From an uncultured Flavobacteriaceae bacterium (GTDB lineage Bacteria > Bacteroidota > Bacteroidia > NS11-12g > UBA955), in the NCBI GenBank assembly GCA_964626685.1, contig CAZVJY010000010.1:1499-65498 (forward strand): a stretch of 64,000 nt of DNA. Reading direction: 5' to 3'. Position numbers and translations under genes: made by a program. Below are positions 29,522 to 40,500 of the stretch, piece after piece. The notes below the pieces were generated by a model. The model was not told the origin of the DNA, searched no databases, and saw nothing but the letters and a program-made list of their open reading frames with translations. The first letter of the stretch is position 1. The number at the start of each line of letters is the position of its first letter.

Positions 29522-30555
29522 CGGCCAATCAATTTTAAAATACTTTGATCAGTTACTTCCTGTGCCGGCGCAGTGGGTGTTTTTTGGCCATTCTGTGACG
29601 GCAGGTTTAGCAGTTCATACACTTTTATACCGCTATGCAGAAAGTACCTGTTTTGCCATTCGTAAACCAGGGGATTTCCGTATACAATATCATAGCAGCG
29701 AATGAAGTACATATCATTGTACTTGTCAATCTGAACCATGGGCGTATTGCGGGGTGTTTCACAAAATGTAAGGGAAAACCGCATGGCTGTTTTTTTACTG
29801 CGGATTTGTTCAGGCTGTTTGTAGTCTGTTCCGGCACTTTCAGTACGGCCGGGTTGTTTGGCTTTGGCAGTTTGGCCGCTTGATGAAGAAGACTGTGGCT
29901 GCACATCAGCTTCAGCGACGCGGGTGCGTTTCATTTCTGAGGCCTCTGTTTTAAGGGATTTTTGTGCATCGGTCTGGCTGAAAAGGGCAATGGCTACTGC
30001 CTGGACATTGGAAGCAATAATGATGGGGGGGTCCGGATCCACCGCCCGCGCTTCTGACACTGCATCGTCGTTTGACTCAAATGGCGGTAGAGCATCCTGT
30101 GTGATTTCTGCCGCTGCTTCTGCTGCAGTGTCCGGATTTGCCTTTTTAATTTCTGGTTCTGTCGTAACGTAAACCGGTGGCTGATTTACAGTAGAATCGG
30201 AGGCTTTTTCTTTGCGCGCAGTGCCGTTTTGTACAGTTTGAATGCCGGGATTCAGTTTCCAAAGGATGATAGCCGCAGAGAAGGCAATCAGCATGACCGA
30301 AGCAGCGGCCAAATACCATGTTTTCCTGCTCAGGCGGAATATGCCTCTGTGGCTTGTTTTCTGCCTTAAATAGTGCTTCATGCGTGCATGCCCCAGGGCA
30401 TATATGGCTGCCGCCAGTTTTTCATGCTGTTGAACCTGTTTTTGGAAAGCATCGTCAGACTGCAATTTTGTCATGAATGTCTCAAGTTCAGCACCCTCTA
30501 ATTCGCCTTTTAAGTAGCGGTCAATCAGGTCTGTTTGGGGATCAAATTCATTCAT
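29518..30555 (-). CDS. Putative membrane-spanning anti-sigma factor
   Basis: It lies immediately downstream of the ECF sigma with an ATGA overlap. It has an N-terminal cytoplasmic helix domain, a single transmembrane segment (WYLAAASVMLIAFSAAIILW), an acidic/Ala-rich linker and a C-terminal globular domain. Confidence 0.5.
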   Translation of the reverse strand: MNEFDPQTDLIDRYLKGELEGAELETFMTKLQSDDAFQKQVQQHEKLAAAIYALGHARMKHYLRQKTSHRGIFRLSRKTWYLAAASVMLIAFSAAIILWKLNPGIQTVQNGTARKEKASDSTVNQPPVYVTTEPEIKKANPDTAAEAAAEITQDALPPFESNDDAVSEARAVDPDPPIIIASNVQAVAIALFSQTDAQKSLKTEASEMKRTRVAEADVQPQSSSSSGQTAKAKQPGRTESAGTDYKQPEQIRSKKTAMRFSLTFCETPRNTPMVQIDKYNDMYFIRCYDIVYGNPLVYEWQNRYFLHSGIKVYELLNLPSQNGQKTPTAPAQEVTDQSILKLIGR

Positions 30556-31121
30556 GAGATAAAATCGGTTTTGGTAAAACGGCTTTTAATCAAGGTCTCC
30601 AGTTTTTTGAAGCATTGATATTTCTTGGCTTTTGCTGTGTCAGCATTGGCAAACTGCATTTTTCTGGCAATCTGCTCCATGTCATTTCCATCAAAATAAA
30701 ACAGCAGCAGGAGGTTTTTGCATGTATCGCCTATTTCATCCAGGGCTTTTTGCAGGTGTTTAAAATCTGACAGTTCTGAAAAATTGTCAGCACACACATG
30801 CAAATGTGGTAAAATTTTGTCTTCTCCATCCATTTTTTGCAGTTTTCCCAGCCTTTTAAGCCACAGATTCTTGCAGATGGCCATCAGGTATGTGCTAATC
30901 TTGCTGCTTAGTACAAAATTACCCTGCTGTACTTTTTGCCACAATACAATGAGGGCATCCTGCAGCAGATCTTCAGCATCTTCCTCGCGACCCTGGTTTT
31001 TTGTTATATAACTGCGAATCATGCTGTAATTGCTTTTATAAATACCAACCAGCACATCCCTGTCACCGGATTCAAGCCGATGCAGCAATTCCTGGTCTTT
31101 GCTCGGTGTTGTTTCAGACAT
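30552..31121 (-). CDS. RNA polymerase ECF-type sigma-70 factor
   Basis: Sigma-70 region 2 ('DLLQDALIVLW') and region 4 ('MEQIARKMQFANADTAKAKKYQCFKKL'). The track ORF extends to 31358, but the ATG at 31121 gives a canonical ~189 aa ECF sigma and avoids overlapping htrA. Confidence 0.8.
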   Translation of the reverse strand: MSETTPSKDQELLHRLESGDRDVLVGIYKSNYSMIRSYITKNQGREEDAEDLLQDALIVLWQKVQQGNFVLSSKISTYLMAICKNLWLKRLGKLQKMDGEDKILPHLHVCADNFSELSDFKHLQKALDEIGDTCKNLLLLFYFDGNDMEQIARKMQFANADTAKAKKYQCFKKLETLIKSRFTKTDFIS

Positions 31122-31227
31122 TTCACAGATGGTTAATACCCTTTGGTCGAAAAGGGTAAATAACTGCTTCAAAAATACAAGAAATGCATGCGTTTTGAAG
31201 TTTGAAATTCGGAACAAAATTTGATTG

Positions 31228-32748
31228 ATGGAAAATGTCATGGAAAAACTATTGAACAAATCAAAATGGATGGGCCTGTTATTGGCAGGTTCTTTGGGAG
31301 GGTTGGTTTCTCTCGGTGCGTTTGCAGTCATAACCAGGATTTCGGGAGATAATACCATTGAGCTAAAGCAGCAAAACAGCGCACAGCTGGCCCGTTATGC
31401 CGGTTTAAATGTCCAGCCTGCCTTTGATTTCGCAGGGGTGGCAGAAGTGTCAACACCAGCCGTGGTGCACATTAAAACCAGCGTGGGAAGTGTTGCTTCG
31501 GAACGCAGGGAATCCAATCCCATGGATCCTTTCGACTTTTTTGGGAATCCGGGATTTCGGTTTGAAAACCCCGGACCCCGAGCTGGTTCCGGCAGTGGCG
31601 TAATCCTAAGCGATGATGGTTACATCGTAACGAATAACCATGTAGTGGAAGGTGCCACCAAAGTGGAAGTTGTGCTTAATGATAAACGCACGTATGTGGC
31701 TGAAATTATTGGCACTGACAAAAATACCGATTTGGCGCTGCTGCGCATTGGTGAAAGCGGTTTGCCATTCATGAAACTCGGAAACAGCAGTGGTGTGAAG
31801 GTTGGTCAATGGGTAGTAGCCGTGGGCAACCCGTTCAACCTGGAAAGTACCGTAACACTCGGCATTGTCAGTGCGATGGGTCGAAATATTGACTTGATTC
31901 GCAGTAAAGGAAATAAATACGCAATTGAGAATTTTATCCAGACCGATGCAGCCATCAATCCAGGAAATTCAGGTGGTGCGCTCGTGAACACTGCCGGTGA
32001 ATTGATTGGGATCAATACTGCCATTGCTTCAGAAACCGGATCATATACCGGATATGCCTTCTCCATTCCGGTAGATTTGGTGAAAAAGGTTGTCAATGAC
32101 CTGATGAAGTACGGCAAAGTGCAGCGTGGTCTGCTGGGGGTTTCTATCCAGGATATAAATCAGAAACTTGCAGATGACAAGGGATTCCCTGATTTAAAGG
32201 GTGTTTTTGTTGCTGAAGTGGTTGATGAAGGCGCAGCGCAGAAAGCAGGTGTTAAAAAAGGAGATGTTATTCTGAAAATTAACGATGTGGAGGTAAACAG
32301 CAGCAGCCGTCTGCAGGAGGAAATTGGCAAAAGCCGTCCCGGAGACAAGGTGAAGGTTACCCTGCGCCGCAAATCCGCTAATCTGGATTTATTTGCAGTG
32401 CTGCTTAGCGAAAGCGGTAAAACATCCATAGAGTCTGCAGTTCCTGAGAGTGCGGCTTCGGTGATGGGGCTTGAATTTGAGAACTCCACCCGGGAGGAAA
32501 GACAGAGTCTGGGCCTGAAAAATGCAGTGAAGGTAAAAACCGTGGGTAAGGGTGTTTTCAAGGATGCCGGTATTCCTCCGGGCTTTCTTATAACCCACAT
32601 TAACAATGAACCTGTTTACAGTGTGCAGGGTGCGGTAGCTACCCTGAAATCACTGCGGGGAGCCATAACCATCGAAGGAAAAACTGCCGATGGAAAAGAG
32701 AAAATCATCGCTATTAAAATCCAGACATCTTCGGATGCAGAAGAATAA
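31228..32748 (+). CDS. htrA: Periplasmic serine endoprotease HtrA/DegP/DegQ family (trypsin domain plus two PDZ)
   Basis: Catalytic His ('TNNHVV'), Asp ('DLALL') and 'GNSGGAL'. Two PDZ-like regions. N-terminal signal anchor. Confidence 0.85.
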   Translation: MENVMEKLLNKSKWMGLLLAGSLGGLVSLGAFAVITRISGDNTIELKQQNSAQLARYAGLNVQPAFDFAGVAEVSTPAVVHIKTSVGSVASERRESNPMDPFDFFGNPGFRFENPGPRAGSGSGVILSDDGYIVTNNHVVEGATKVEVVLNDKRTYVAEIIGTDKNTDLALLRIGESGLPFMKLGNSSGVKVGQWVVAVGNPFNLESTVTLGIVSAMGRNIDLIRSKGNKYAIENFIQTDAAINPGNSGGALVNTAGELIGINTAIASETGSYTGYAFSIPVDLVKKVVNDLMKYGKVQRGLLGVSIQDINQKLADDKGFPDLKGVFVAEVVDEGAAQKAGVKKGDVILKINDVEVNSSSRLQEEIGKSRPGDKVKVTLRRKSANLDLFAVLLSESGKTSIESAVPESAASVMGLEFENSTREERQSLGLKNAVKVKTVGKGVFKDAGIPPGFLITHINNEPVYSVQGAVATLKSLRGAITIEGKTADGKEKIIAIKIQTSSDAEE

Positions 32749-32772
32749 TGCAGTGTATGTATTTTGATGTGA

Positions 32773-32799
32773 AAACCCTGACTTGGTCAGGGTTTTTTT
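32773..32799. terminator. Bidirectional hairpin terminator between convergent htrA and dnaB
   Basis: aaaccctgac-ttg-gtcagggttt with a T7 run. Confidence 0.55.
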
Positions 32800-32805
32800 A
32801 TGGGC

Positions 32806-34419
32806 TTAAAAGTCGTCGCTGTCTTCTATGATGCTGGCGCCTCCCAGGTGATTCCAGCTGTCGCGGTTGTCATCATCCAGCAGCATGTCCGAAGCGTTAT
32901 TCATCTTGCTTGGAAGAGTCTGTGTGGCGGGTTCGTGGGTATAACCCCCTTCGTAGTGGTTACTCTGACTCTGAATAAGAACACGCTCTTCGGGAGCGAG
33001 GTCTATAAACTTGCTGTATTGGTTTACAAACTTGGTAAACGCAGAACCCACCGCACCGTGTCGGTTTTTGCCGATGATGATTTCTGTCAATCCATCAACT
33101 CCATAATTGTTGTAGGAATCAGGGCCCTTTTGTCCGGTTTCACCGGCGCCGGTTTTCTGATAATACTCATCTCGGTACAGGAACATTACCATATCGGCAT
33201 CCTGTTCGATAGAGCCCGATTCACGAAGATCTGAAAGCTGGGGTCTTTTATTGTTTCGTTTTTCAACTTCACGACTCAGCTGTGCCAGGGCAATAACCGG
33301 TACGCTCAGCTCTTTTGCCAGACCTTTCAGCGATCTGGAGATAAACGCGATTTCCTGTTCGCGGTTTCCCTGTCCTTTGGTCTCATGCCGCAGTAGCTGC
33401 AGATAGTCAACAACAATCATATCAAGGCCGTGTTGTGAATGCACCCTTCGGCATTTCGCATTCAGGTCGAATATGTTGAGCTGGGGTGTGTCGTCAATGA
33501 AGATTTTACTCTGGCTCAGGTTTACAGTTTTGCTGTGCAACCGCTGCCATTCCTGTTCTGACAAATCGCTTTTTCTGATTTTGTCGGCAGCTACCTCTGC
33601 CTCTGCACTGATTAGTCGGTTAACCAGCTGCACATCGGCCATTTCCAGTGAAAATATCATGACCGATTTTTTGAAATCAACGGCTGCGTTTCTAACCAGC
33701 GAAAGGGCAAAGGCTGTTTTACCCATCGCAGGTCTGGCAGCAAGGATTATTAAATCGCTGGGTTGCCAGCCTGCTGTAATTCTGTCCAGATCCGAGAATC
33801 CGGAGGCCACACCGGTGATACCGTCGGTTTCTGTTTTACTGCGTTCTTCAAGGTCTTTGATGGCGCGGCTTACCAGCGAATCGATATCCTGGAAATTCCG
33901 CTTTAAACCGTTGTTTTTAATTTCATACAGTTTTCGTTCGCTTTCATCCAATAGCACAAAACTGTCTTCGGAATCGTCAAATGCATCATGAGCGATTTCC
34001 CCGCTCACCCTGATCAGCTCTCGCTGAATCATTTTTTGTGTAAGTATTCTGGCGTGAAATCCAATATTGGCGGCACTCGAAACCTTGTTGGTCAGCATTG
34101 CCAGGTAATAGCTGCCGCCAATCAGTTCCAGTTCGTTGGTAGATCGCAGGTGGTTGTTAATGGTCAGCAGGTCAACTGCGGTTTTCCCTTCCTGGTAAAG
34201 CGCACTGATTGCCCTGAATACCACTTTGTTTTCTGGGGCGTAGAAGTGAGCTTCTGACAACACGTCAATAACCTCGTTGATCTTAGCACTTTCCAGCATC
34301 ATGGCGCCCAGCACGGCTTCTTCGAGGTCTCTGGCATGCGGAGGGACACGGCCCTGATAATCGGACGGTAAAACTGGAGCGTTCTTGCGTTTGCGGTTTG
34401 TACTGTTGCTGGGGTCCAT
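32806..34419 (-). CDS. dnaB: Replicative DNA helicase DnaB
   Basis: Motifs 'LIILAARPAMGKTAFAL' (Walker A), 'MIVVDYLQLL' and 'ALAQLSRE'. Confidence 0.9.
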   Translation of the reverse strand: MDPSNSTNRKRKNAPVLPSDYQGRVPPHARDLEEAVLGAMMLESAKINEVIDVLSEAHFYAPENKVVFRAISALYQEGKTAVDLLTINNHLRSTNELELIGGSYYLAMLTNKVSSAANIGFHARILTQKMIQRELIRVSGEIAHDAFDDSEDSFVLLDESERKLYEIKNNGLKRNFQDIDSLVSRAIKDLEERSKTETDGITGVASGFSDLDRITAGWQPSDLIILAARPAMGKTAFALSLVRNAAVDFKKSVMIFSLEMADVQLVNRLISAEAEVAADKIRKSDLSEQEWQRLHSKTVNLSQSKIFIDDTPQLNIFDLNAKCRRVHSQHGLDMIVVDYLQLLRHETKGQGNREQEIAFISRSLKGLAKELSVPVIALAQLSREVEKRNNKRPQLSDLRESGSIEQDADMVMFLYRDEYYQKTGAGETGQKGPDSYNNYGVDGLTEIIIGKNRHGAVGSAFTKFVNQYSKFIDLAPEERVLIQSQSNHYEGGYTHEPATQTLPSKMNNASDMLLDDDNRDSWNHLGGASIIEDSDDF

Positions 34420-34668
34420 AGGACTAACAAAATTATGTTTTTTGGAGCGGGCAGGAATGCTTCCCCGCAGTTATATTTTTGAACATGCCCCGTGGATGAA
34501 AGGTGTATAACTCAAAATCAATGGCAGATTGTCATGTAGCATTCGTGAAAATCCAGTTGGCTTGAAATTTGACAACTGTATACTTAACAACACAACTTTT
34601 ACGTTTGTGTGTTAGTCATCATATATTAACATCTATTGATATTAAATTTGTAATAAGGGAACTACTAC

Positions 34669-37206
34669 ATGGAAGCCAAATTTTCACCACGGGTAAAGGA
34701 AGTTATTCAGTTCAGCAGGGAAGAAGCCATTCGGCTGGGCCACGATTACATTGGCTGCGAGCATTTATTGCTTGGCATAATCAGGGAAGGAGAGGGGAAG
34801 GCATTGCAAACCTTGCGTCTGCTGGATATTGATACCATACGGCTAAAAAAGTCTATTGAAGATACCATCAAATCTACCGCCAACCGAACCACCAACCTGG
34901 GTAATATTCCCCTTACAAAGCAGGCTGAAAAGGCCTTGAAAATTACCTATCTGGAGGCCAAGATATTTAAAACCGATCTTATCGGAACCGAACACTTGCT
35001 GCTCAGTATCCTGCGGGATGAGGACAACACAGCCTCAAAAGTGCTTTCGCATTTTGGTATTACCTATGACGTTTTCAAGTCGGCCCTGGAGGAAGGCGTG
35101 GAAACCCAGTCTCCCAAAGCAGAAGCACCGGGTGAGGATCAGGATAATCCAGAAGATTTTTACCGTGAGGAGCAAAAAGCCACCGAAGCCCGCAAAGGCA
35201 AGGGTAAGAGCAAAACCCCCGTACTGGATAATTTTGGACGGGATCTCACCAAATCAGCTGAAGAAGGCAAACTCGACCCCATCGTTGGACGTGAAAAAGA
35301 AATTGAGCGTGTGAGTCAGATTCTGAGTCGCCGCAAGAAAAACAATCCAGTGCTTATCGGTGAACCAGGTGTGGGTAAAACCGCTATTGCTGAAGGGCTG
35401 GCGCTTCGCATCGTTCAGCGAAAGGTGAGCAGGGTACTTTTTAATAAAAGGGTTGTGAGCCTGGATATTGCCAGTATGGTGGCGGGTACAAAGTACCGCG
35501 GACAGTTTGAAGAGCGCATGAAAGCCCTGATGATGGAACTGGAAAAGGCAGATGATGTCATTTTGTTCATTGACGAAATACACACCATTGTTGGTGCAGG
35601 TGGTGCAAGTGGTTCACTGGATGCGAGCAATATGTTCAAACCTGCTTTAGCAAGAGGCGAAATTCAATGCATTGGTGCAACCACACTGGATGAATACCGA
35701 CAGTACATAGAAAAGGACGGAGCGCTCGAACGCCGTTTTCAAATGGTGATGATAGAGCCAGCAACGCCGGAGGAAAGCGTTGAAATTCTGAACAATATCC
35801 GTGAAAAATATGAGGAACACCACGGTGTGATTTACACCCCTGAAGCTGTAAAGGCATGTGTGGATCTGAGCGTTCGCTATATGAGCGACAGGCACTTGCC
35901 AGATAAAGCCATTGATATTCTGGATGAAGCGGGAGCACGTGTTCACATCAGCAATATTCATGTTCCTTCAGAAATTGTGAACCTAGAGTCCCGCATAGAA
36001 GAAATTAAGGTGGAGAAAAACCGCGTGGTTAAAAGCCAGAATTTCGAGGAGGCGGCTAAACTGCGCGATGACGAGAAGCGGTTGCTGGAAGAACTGGAAA
36101 CTGCCAAGGCCCAGTGGGAGGCACAATCTGCTCATGAGAAATTTACCGTTTCTGAAGACGATATAGCTGATGTGGTAAGCATGATGACAGGCATTCCCGT
36201 TAAACGAATGGCCGAAGACGAAAGCAGACGTTTGCTCAAAATGGCTGATACCCTGAAAGGCCGTGTGGTTGGCCAGGATAAAGCAGTGGAGAAACTGACC
36301 AAGACGATCCAGAGAACCCGTGCAGGCTTTAAGGAGCCAAACAGGCCCATTGGTTCATTCATTTTTCTGGGTCCAACCGGTGTGGGAAAAACAGAGCTTG
36401 CCAAAGCCTTGTCAGCGTTTTTGTTTGATTCGGATGATGCCATGATTCGCATTGATATGAGTGAATACATGGAAAAATTTGCCGTAAGCAGGCTGGTGGG
36501 AGCGCCTCCAGGCTATGTAGGGTATGAAGAGGGTGGTTTGCTTACCGAAAAGGTTCGCCGCAAGCCTTACAGCGTTATTTTATTTGATGAGGTAGAAAAG
36601 GCACACCCTGATGTTTTCAATTTGCTTCTGCAAGTCCTGGATGAAGGGCAAATGACCGACAGCCTGGGCAGAAAGATTGATTTCCGGAACACGGTAATTA
36701 TAATGACCTCCAATATTGGTTCCAGAACCCTCAAGGATTTTGGAACAGGCGTAGGTTTTGCCACAGGCACCAAGGAAGCTTCCCGAGAAAAGGAAAGCAA
36801 GCAGGTAATTGAAACCCAGCTTAAGAAGTTCTTTTCTCCAGAGTTTTTAAACCGTATCGATGATATCATTGTGTTCAACAGCCTGGGCAAAGATGAAATC
36901 ATTCATATCCTGGATCTTCGTATGGCGAAAATGCTGAAGCGTATTGCCGATCTGGGCTACACCATTAATCTTACCAAAGCAGCCAAGGAGTTTTTGGCCA
37001 ATAAAGGTTTTGATCCGGATTTCGGTGCCCGTCCGCTGCAACGTGCCCTGCAGAAATACCTTGAAGAACCATTAGCCGAAGAAGTGCTGAAAGGCAACCT
37101 GAAAGAAGGCAGTGAGCTGAAAGTGGATCACAAGAAAGACAGCGAAGAGCTGAGCATCAGCAATGTTAAGTCAAAAGCCAAGGAAACCGATAAGAAAGAA
37201 GAGTAA
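34669..37206 (+). CDS. clpC: ATP-dependent Clp protease ATP-binding subunit ClpC (Clp/Hsp100 with UVR linker)
   Basis: Clp_N repeats, two AAA+ modules ('GEPGVGKT', 'GPTGVGKT') and a UVR-like motif between them ([16 protein letters not shown]). Its length fits ClpC rather than ClpB. Confidence 0.85.
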   Translation: MEAKFSPRVKEVIQFSREEAIRLGHDYIGCEHLLLGIIREGEGKALQTLRLLDIDTIRLKKSIEDTIKSTANRTTNLGNIPLTKQAEKALKITYLEAKIFKTDLIGTEHLLLSILRDEDNTASKVLSHFGITYDVFKSALEEGVETQSPKAEAPGEDQDNPEDFYREEQKATEARKGKGKSKTPVLDNFGRDLTKSAEEGKLDPIVGREKEIERVSQILSRRKKNNPVLIGEPGVGKTAIAEGLALRIVQRKVSRVLFNKRVVSLDIASMVAGTKYRGQFEERMKALMMELEKADDVILFIDEIHTIVGAGGASGSLDASNMFKPALARGEIQCIGATTLDEYRQYIEKDGALERRFQMVMIEPATPEESVEILNNIREKYEEHHGVIYTPEAVKACVDLSVRYMSDRHLPDKAIDILDEAGARVHISNIHVPSEIVNLESRIEEIKVEKNRVVKSQNFEEAAKLRDDEKRLLEELETAKAQWEAQSAHEKFTVSEDDIADVVSMMTGIPVKRMAEDESRRLLKMADTLKGRVVGQDKAVEKLTKTIQRTRAGFKEPNRPIGSFIFLGPTGVGKTELAKALSAFLFDSDDAMIRIDMSEYMEKFAVSRLVGAPPGYVGYEEGGLLTEKVRRKPYSVILFDEVEKAHPDVFNLLLQVLDEGQMTDSLGRKIDFRNTVIIMTSNIGSRTLKDFGTGVGFATGTKEASREKESKQVIETQLKKFFSPEFLNRIDDIIVFNSLGKDEIIHILDLRMAKMLKRIADLGYTINLTKAAKEFLANKGFDPDFGARPLQRALQKYLEEPLAEEVLKGNLKEGSELKVDHKKDSEELSISNVKSKAKETDKKEE

Positions 37207-37224
37207 TTTTCTATAACATTCATA

Positions 37225-37254
37225 AGAAAGCCCCGCCATATGGCGGGGCTTTCT
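37225..37254 (+). terminator. Rho-independent terminator of clpC
   Basis: agaaagccccgcc-atat-ggcggggctttct is a perfect 13-bp GC-rich stem. Confidence 0.6.
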
Positions 37255-37463
37255 TATGCGTATGGTTGGATTATTCTTTGCCAGCTGCATTCAATGCCGC
37301 TGGCTGTTTGCTGATCTTATAGAGGCATGGAAACACCCTTTTCAGAGTAAAGCAGTATTTGGGTGTAAGAGCCAGCCGTTTAATATTACGCTTTACTATT
37401 ATCCGCTTCAGGGTATTCCCGTTTGATAATGTTTATGTTGTCAGGTTGTGTTTTTCTTAATTA

Positions 37464-37510
37464 GACCATAACAAAAAAGGCACCCAATGGGTGCCTTTTT
37501 TGTTATGGTC
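37464..37510. terminator. Strong bidirectional terminator (22-bp perfect inverted repeat) at the 3' end of the giant T9SS adhesin gene
   Basis: gaccataacaaaaaaggcaccc-aat-gggtgccttttttgttatggtc has A/T tracts on both sides. Confidence 0.7.
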
Positions 37511-37518
37511 TCCAGCGA

Positions 37519-40500
37519 TTATTTGCTGATAGTGATTTTGCGAACGGCGGTGTTTTCACCGGAGCTTACACGTACCATGTAAACGCCGTCTGAAAGGTTA
37601 CCGCTGTTGATGCTGATCATACCGTTGTTCTCGGTGTTGATTTGCTTAACTACAGCACCTGACATGTTGGTTATAACAATGTTCAGGTTTTTGCCGAAGT
37701 TGCTCTTCACAGACAGATTGAACTGGCCATTGTTTGGGTTCGGGAATACTGCCACGCCGGTAGTTTCCAGATCTTTCACAGCAGCGCGGTTCATAACTAC
37801 TTTCTTGGTGATGCTGCACTCGCAGAAAGGAGCGGTGGTAGACCTTGCACGCATGGTTACGTCGTAGGCACCATCGGTTTGGAAGTCAAACTGGGTTTCA
37901 GCGTTAACACCTGAAGTTTTGTTGGTACCACCACCCTGGAAAATCCAGTTGTACTCAACTTTATCCTGACCACCAGCTACACCGGTAGAAGCGTTCAGAG
38001 GATTGAGTTTCACACCATAGAATCCGAAAGCATAATCGGTAGCTACAGTGAAGTCGCAGGTGCGGGGTCCTTCAAAGATGGTTACAGGAATTACGATTGA
38101 ATCTGTGCAACCGCCTGCAATGCTTGCGTAGAGGGTTACGTTGGGAGAGAACGCCTTGTTGTAAGTGTGTACAGGCTTAGATGAGGTAGAAGTAACACCA
38201 TCACCGAAGTTCCACAACCAGGTGATATCACCCTGAGGCCAGGTAGTCGTGTTGTCAAATACCATGGGCTTACCCAAACATACATTCTGTGCAGTGAAGG
38301 AAGCCTTAGGCTGAACACCTACGTTGAGCACTTTGCTGAAGCTGCCTTTGCAACCGTTCATCAGTTCGATGTTGAATTTAACATTCTTAGGTCCGAGCGT
38401 GCTCCAGCTGCGTGAAGGACTGGCAAGGATGGAAGTTCCACCATCACCGAAGTCCCAGCTATAGGTCTTAACAGCTCCACCGGCACCACCAACTACAGGA
38501 GTAGTATTGGTAAACTGGGTGGCAGTGCGTGAGCAGGCAGGTGTATTGATAAAGGCCACTTTCGGGCTTTCAAGCACGCTGATAGGTTTGGTGATGCTGT
38601 CTTTGCAACCAAACACGCTGGTAACTACGAGTTTTACATTTTTAGTACCGGGAGTACCGAATACCTTGGTGGCGTCATCTTCAGTAGAGAAGGTGTTGTC
38701 ACTAAAGTTCCAGTAAGGACCAAAAGTTCCTGAAGAAATGGTTGACTTGTTTGTGAATGCGTATGCATCGTTGTCGCAAGTTCCGGTAGTTTGGTCAAAT
38801 GCAGCTTTGGGTGTAGGGAACTGGTATGCTCTCTGTGTGGCAGTTCCGATACATCCGTTCAGGTTCACAGTCAGGGTAACCAGGTATGAACCGGGTGTTG
38901 CATAGCGGTATCTAACGGTAGTATTGTTGTTGTTTACGTTGATTCCGTTGCCCCAGTTCCAGTTGCTGGTAGTTCCGGTAAGAGGAGTTGACTGGTTGGT
39001 GAAAACCAGATCCTGGCCTTCACAGGCATTGCTCTTCACGAATTTCACGTTAGGAATAGCATTTACAACTACATCTGAGCTGTCGATGGTAACAAAACCC
39101 CATGGCGCAGTGCGGGCAAATAATTTAACCCTGAAGGTACCGGCATTGGGGAAAGTAAAGATAGGTGACGGAGCGTTTGAAGTATCTCCGGCTACACCAG
39201 TGCCAAAGTTCCAGGTGAAATCCATAGATCCGCTTCTAACAGTGCTTCTGTTGTTAAACAATACTGATTCACCATTACAGATTTTGGCAGGGAAAGTGAA
39301 ATCTGCATTGATGGTTGGGTATATAAGGATATCACGGCGCAGCAGGGTATCACAGTTGTTGCCCAAATCGGTAATCTTGGTAATCAGGGTGATGGTGCTG
39401 TCTTCCAAAGCAGCGTTAGCGGTTGCAAATCTTACTTCGAGGTCATTCGTGGCAGTAGCATGGTTCTGAATGCTTGCAGGCAACACCACACCGGCTCTGG
39501 TCAAACCATAAACAGATGCTGTCCATCTTTTACCCGTTGATGAGCCTGTGCCATCCCAGTAATCTGCGTTGGTATAGGCACGAGGTGCAGTAATGTGGTA
39601 AAAAATAGGCATGTTGATTTGGGTAACATCATTGGGTCTTCCAAGTCTGTATACCGCCTTGGAAGGAGTGGTACCCTGCAGGTAGCGGCCTCCACCGGGA
39701 GCGGGTAATACAACTGTATTGAAGGAAATCGTGTCGTTGGCAACATTGTCATCAGGCATATCTACATAACAAGAAATGCGGATGTTGCCGCTAATGTTCA
39801 GGCGAACAGGCACGTTGAATGTAACAAGGTGGGTGTCGTTGGTGAGCATTCTTTTGGTAACGAATGTAGAAACGGTAGGTCCGCCGGTTGAACGGAAGGA
39901 TACACGGAAACCGGTAGCGGTATCAGACCAAAGGTTTCTTACATTGAGGGTCATGTTGCCGGTCCAGCCGGGGCAAACGGTTGGGGGTACGCTAAAGGTT
40001 GAACCAAGGGCAGCGATATCTGTGAAGGCTTCAACGGCGCCGCGGTCTGAAGATCCTGCGTTTCTGTTGTTGCCGTTAAACTGCACAGGAGCCGTAGGTG
40101 TTGTAACCACATTGTTCTGGGTGCTGAAAGCACGGGGTGTGAAGTTACGTGCAGCCTCATTGGTGAAGTTAGGATCGCCGTATACAAGCCCTGCCTGACC
40201 ACCGGGGCTGGCTGCTCTGTAGGTAAGCCAGTTTGTGTAGGTGGTACCGTTATGGTTGCCTCTAAAGTTGGTTACAGGAGCATTGGGTGCAAAAACATGG
40301 TTGTTGCTGTAGTTGTTGGCACCGCCCGAGTTAAAGCCCCAGTTGTAGTTGGTGCGGTCAACAAAGATGTTTCCATCATAGGTGGTGGTGCCGAAACCTG
40401 CTGTAAATAGATTTGTTTGGCTGTTGAAAGATGTATTGCTGAGGTTTAGGTTAAAGGTATTTTGTTTAACCAAAACGTTGGCACCTGCGCTGTTGTTGCT

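Noticed and set aside
31122-31358. 5' extension of the ECF sigma ORF by 79 codons, overlapping the htrA start
   Set aside because: The extension has no sigma-70 homology and would overlap the divergent htrA gene. The ATG at 31121 gives a canonical-length ECF sigma and leaves a shared divergent promoter region.
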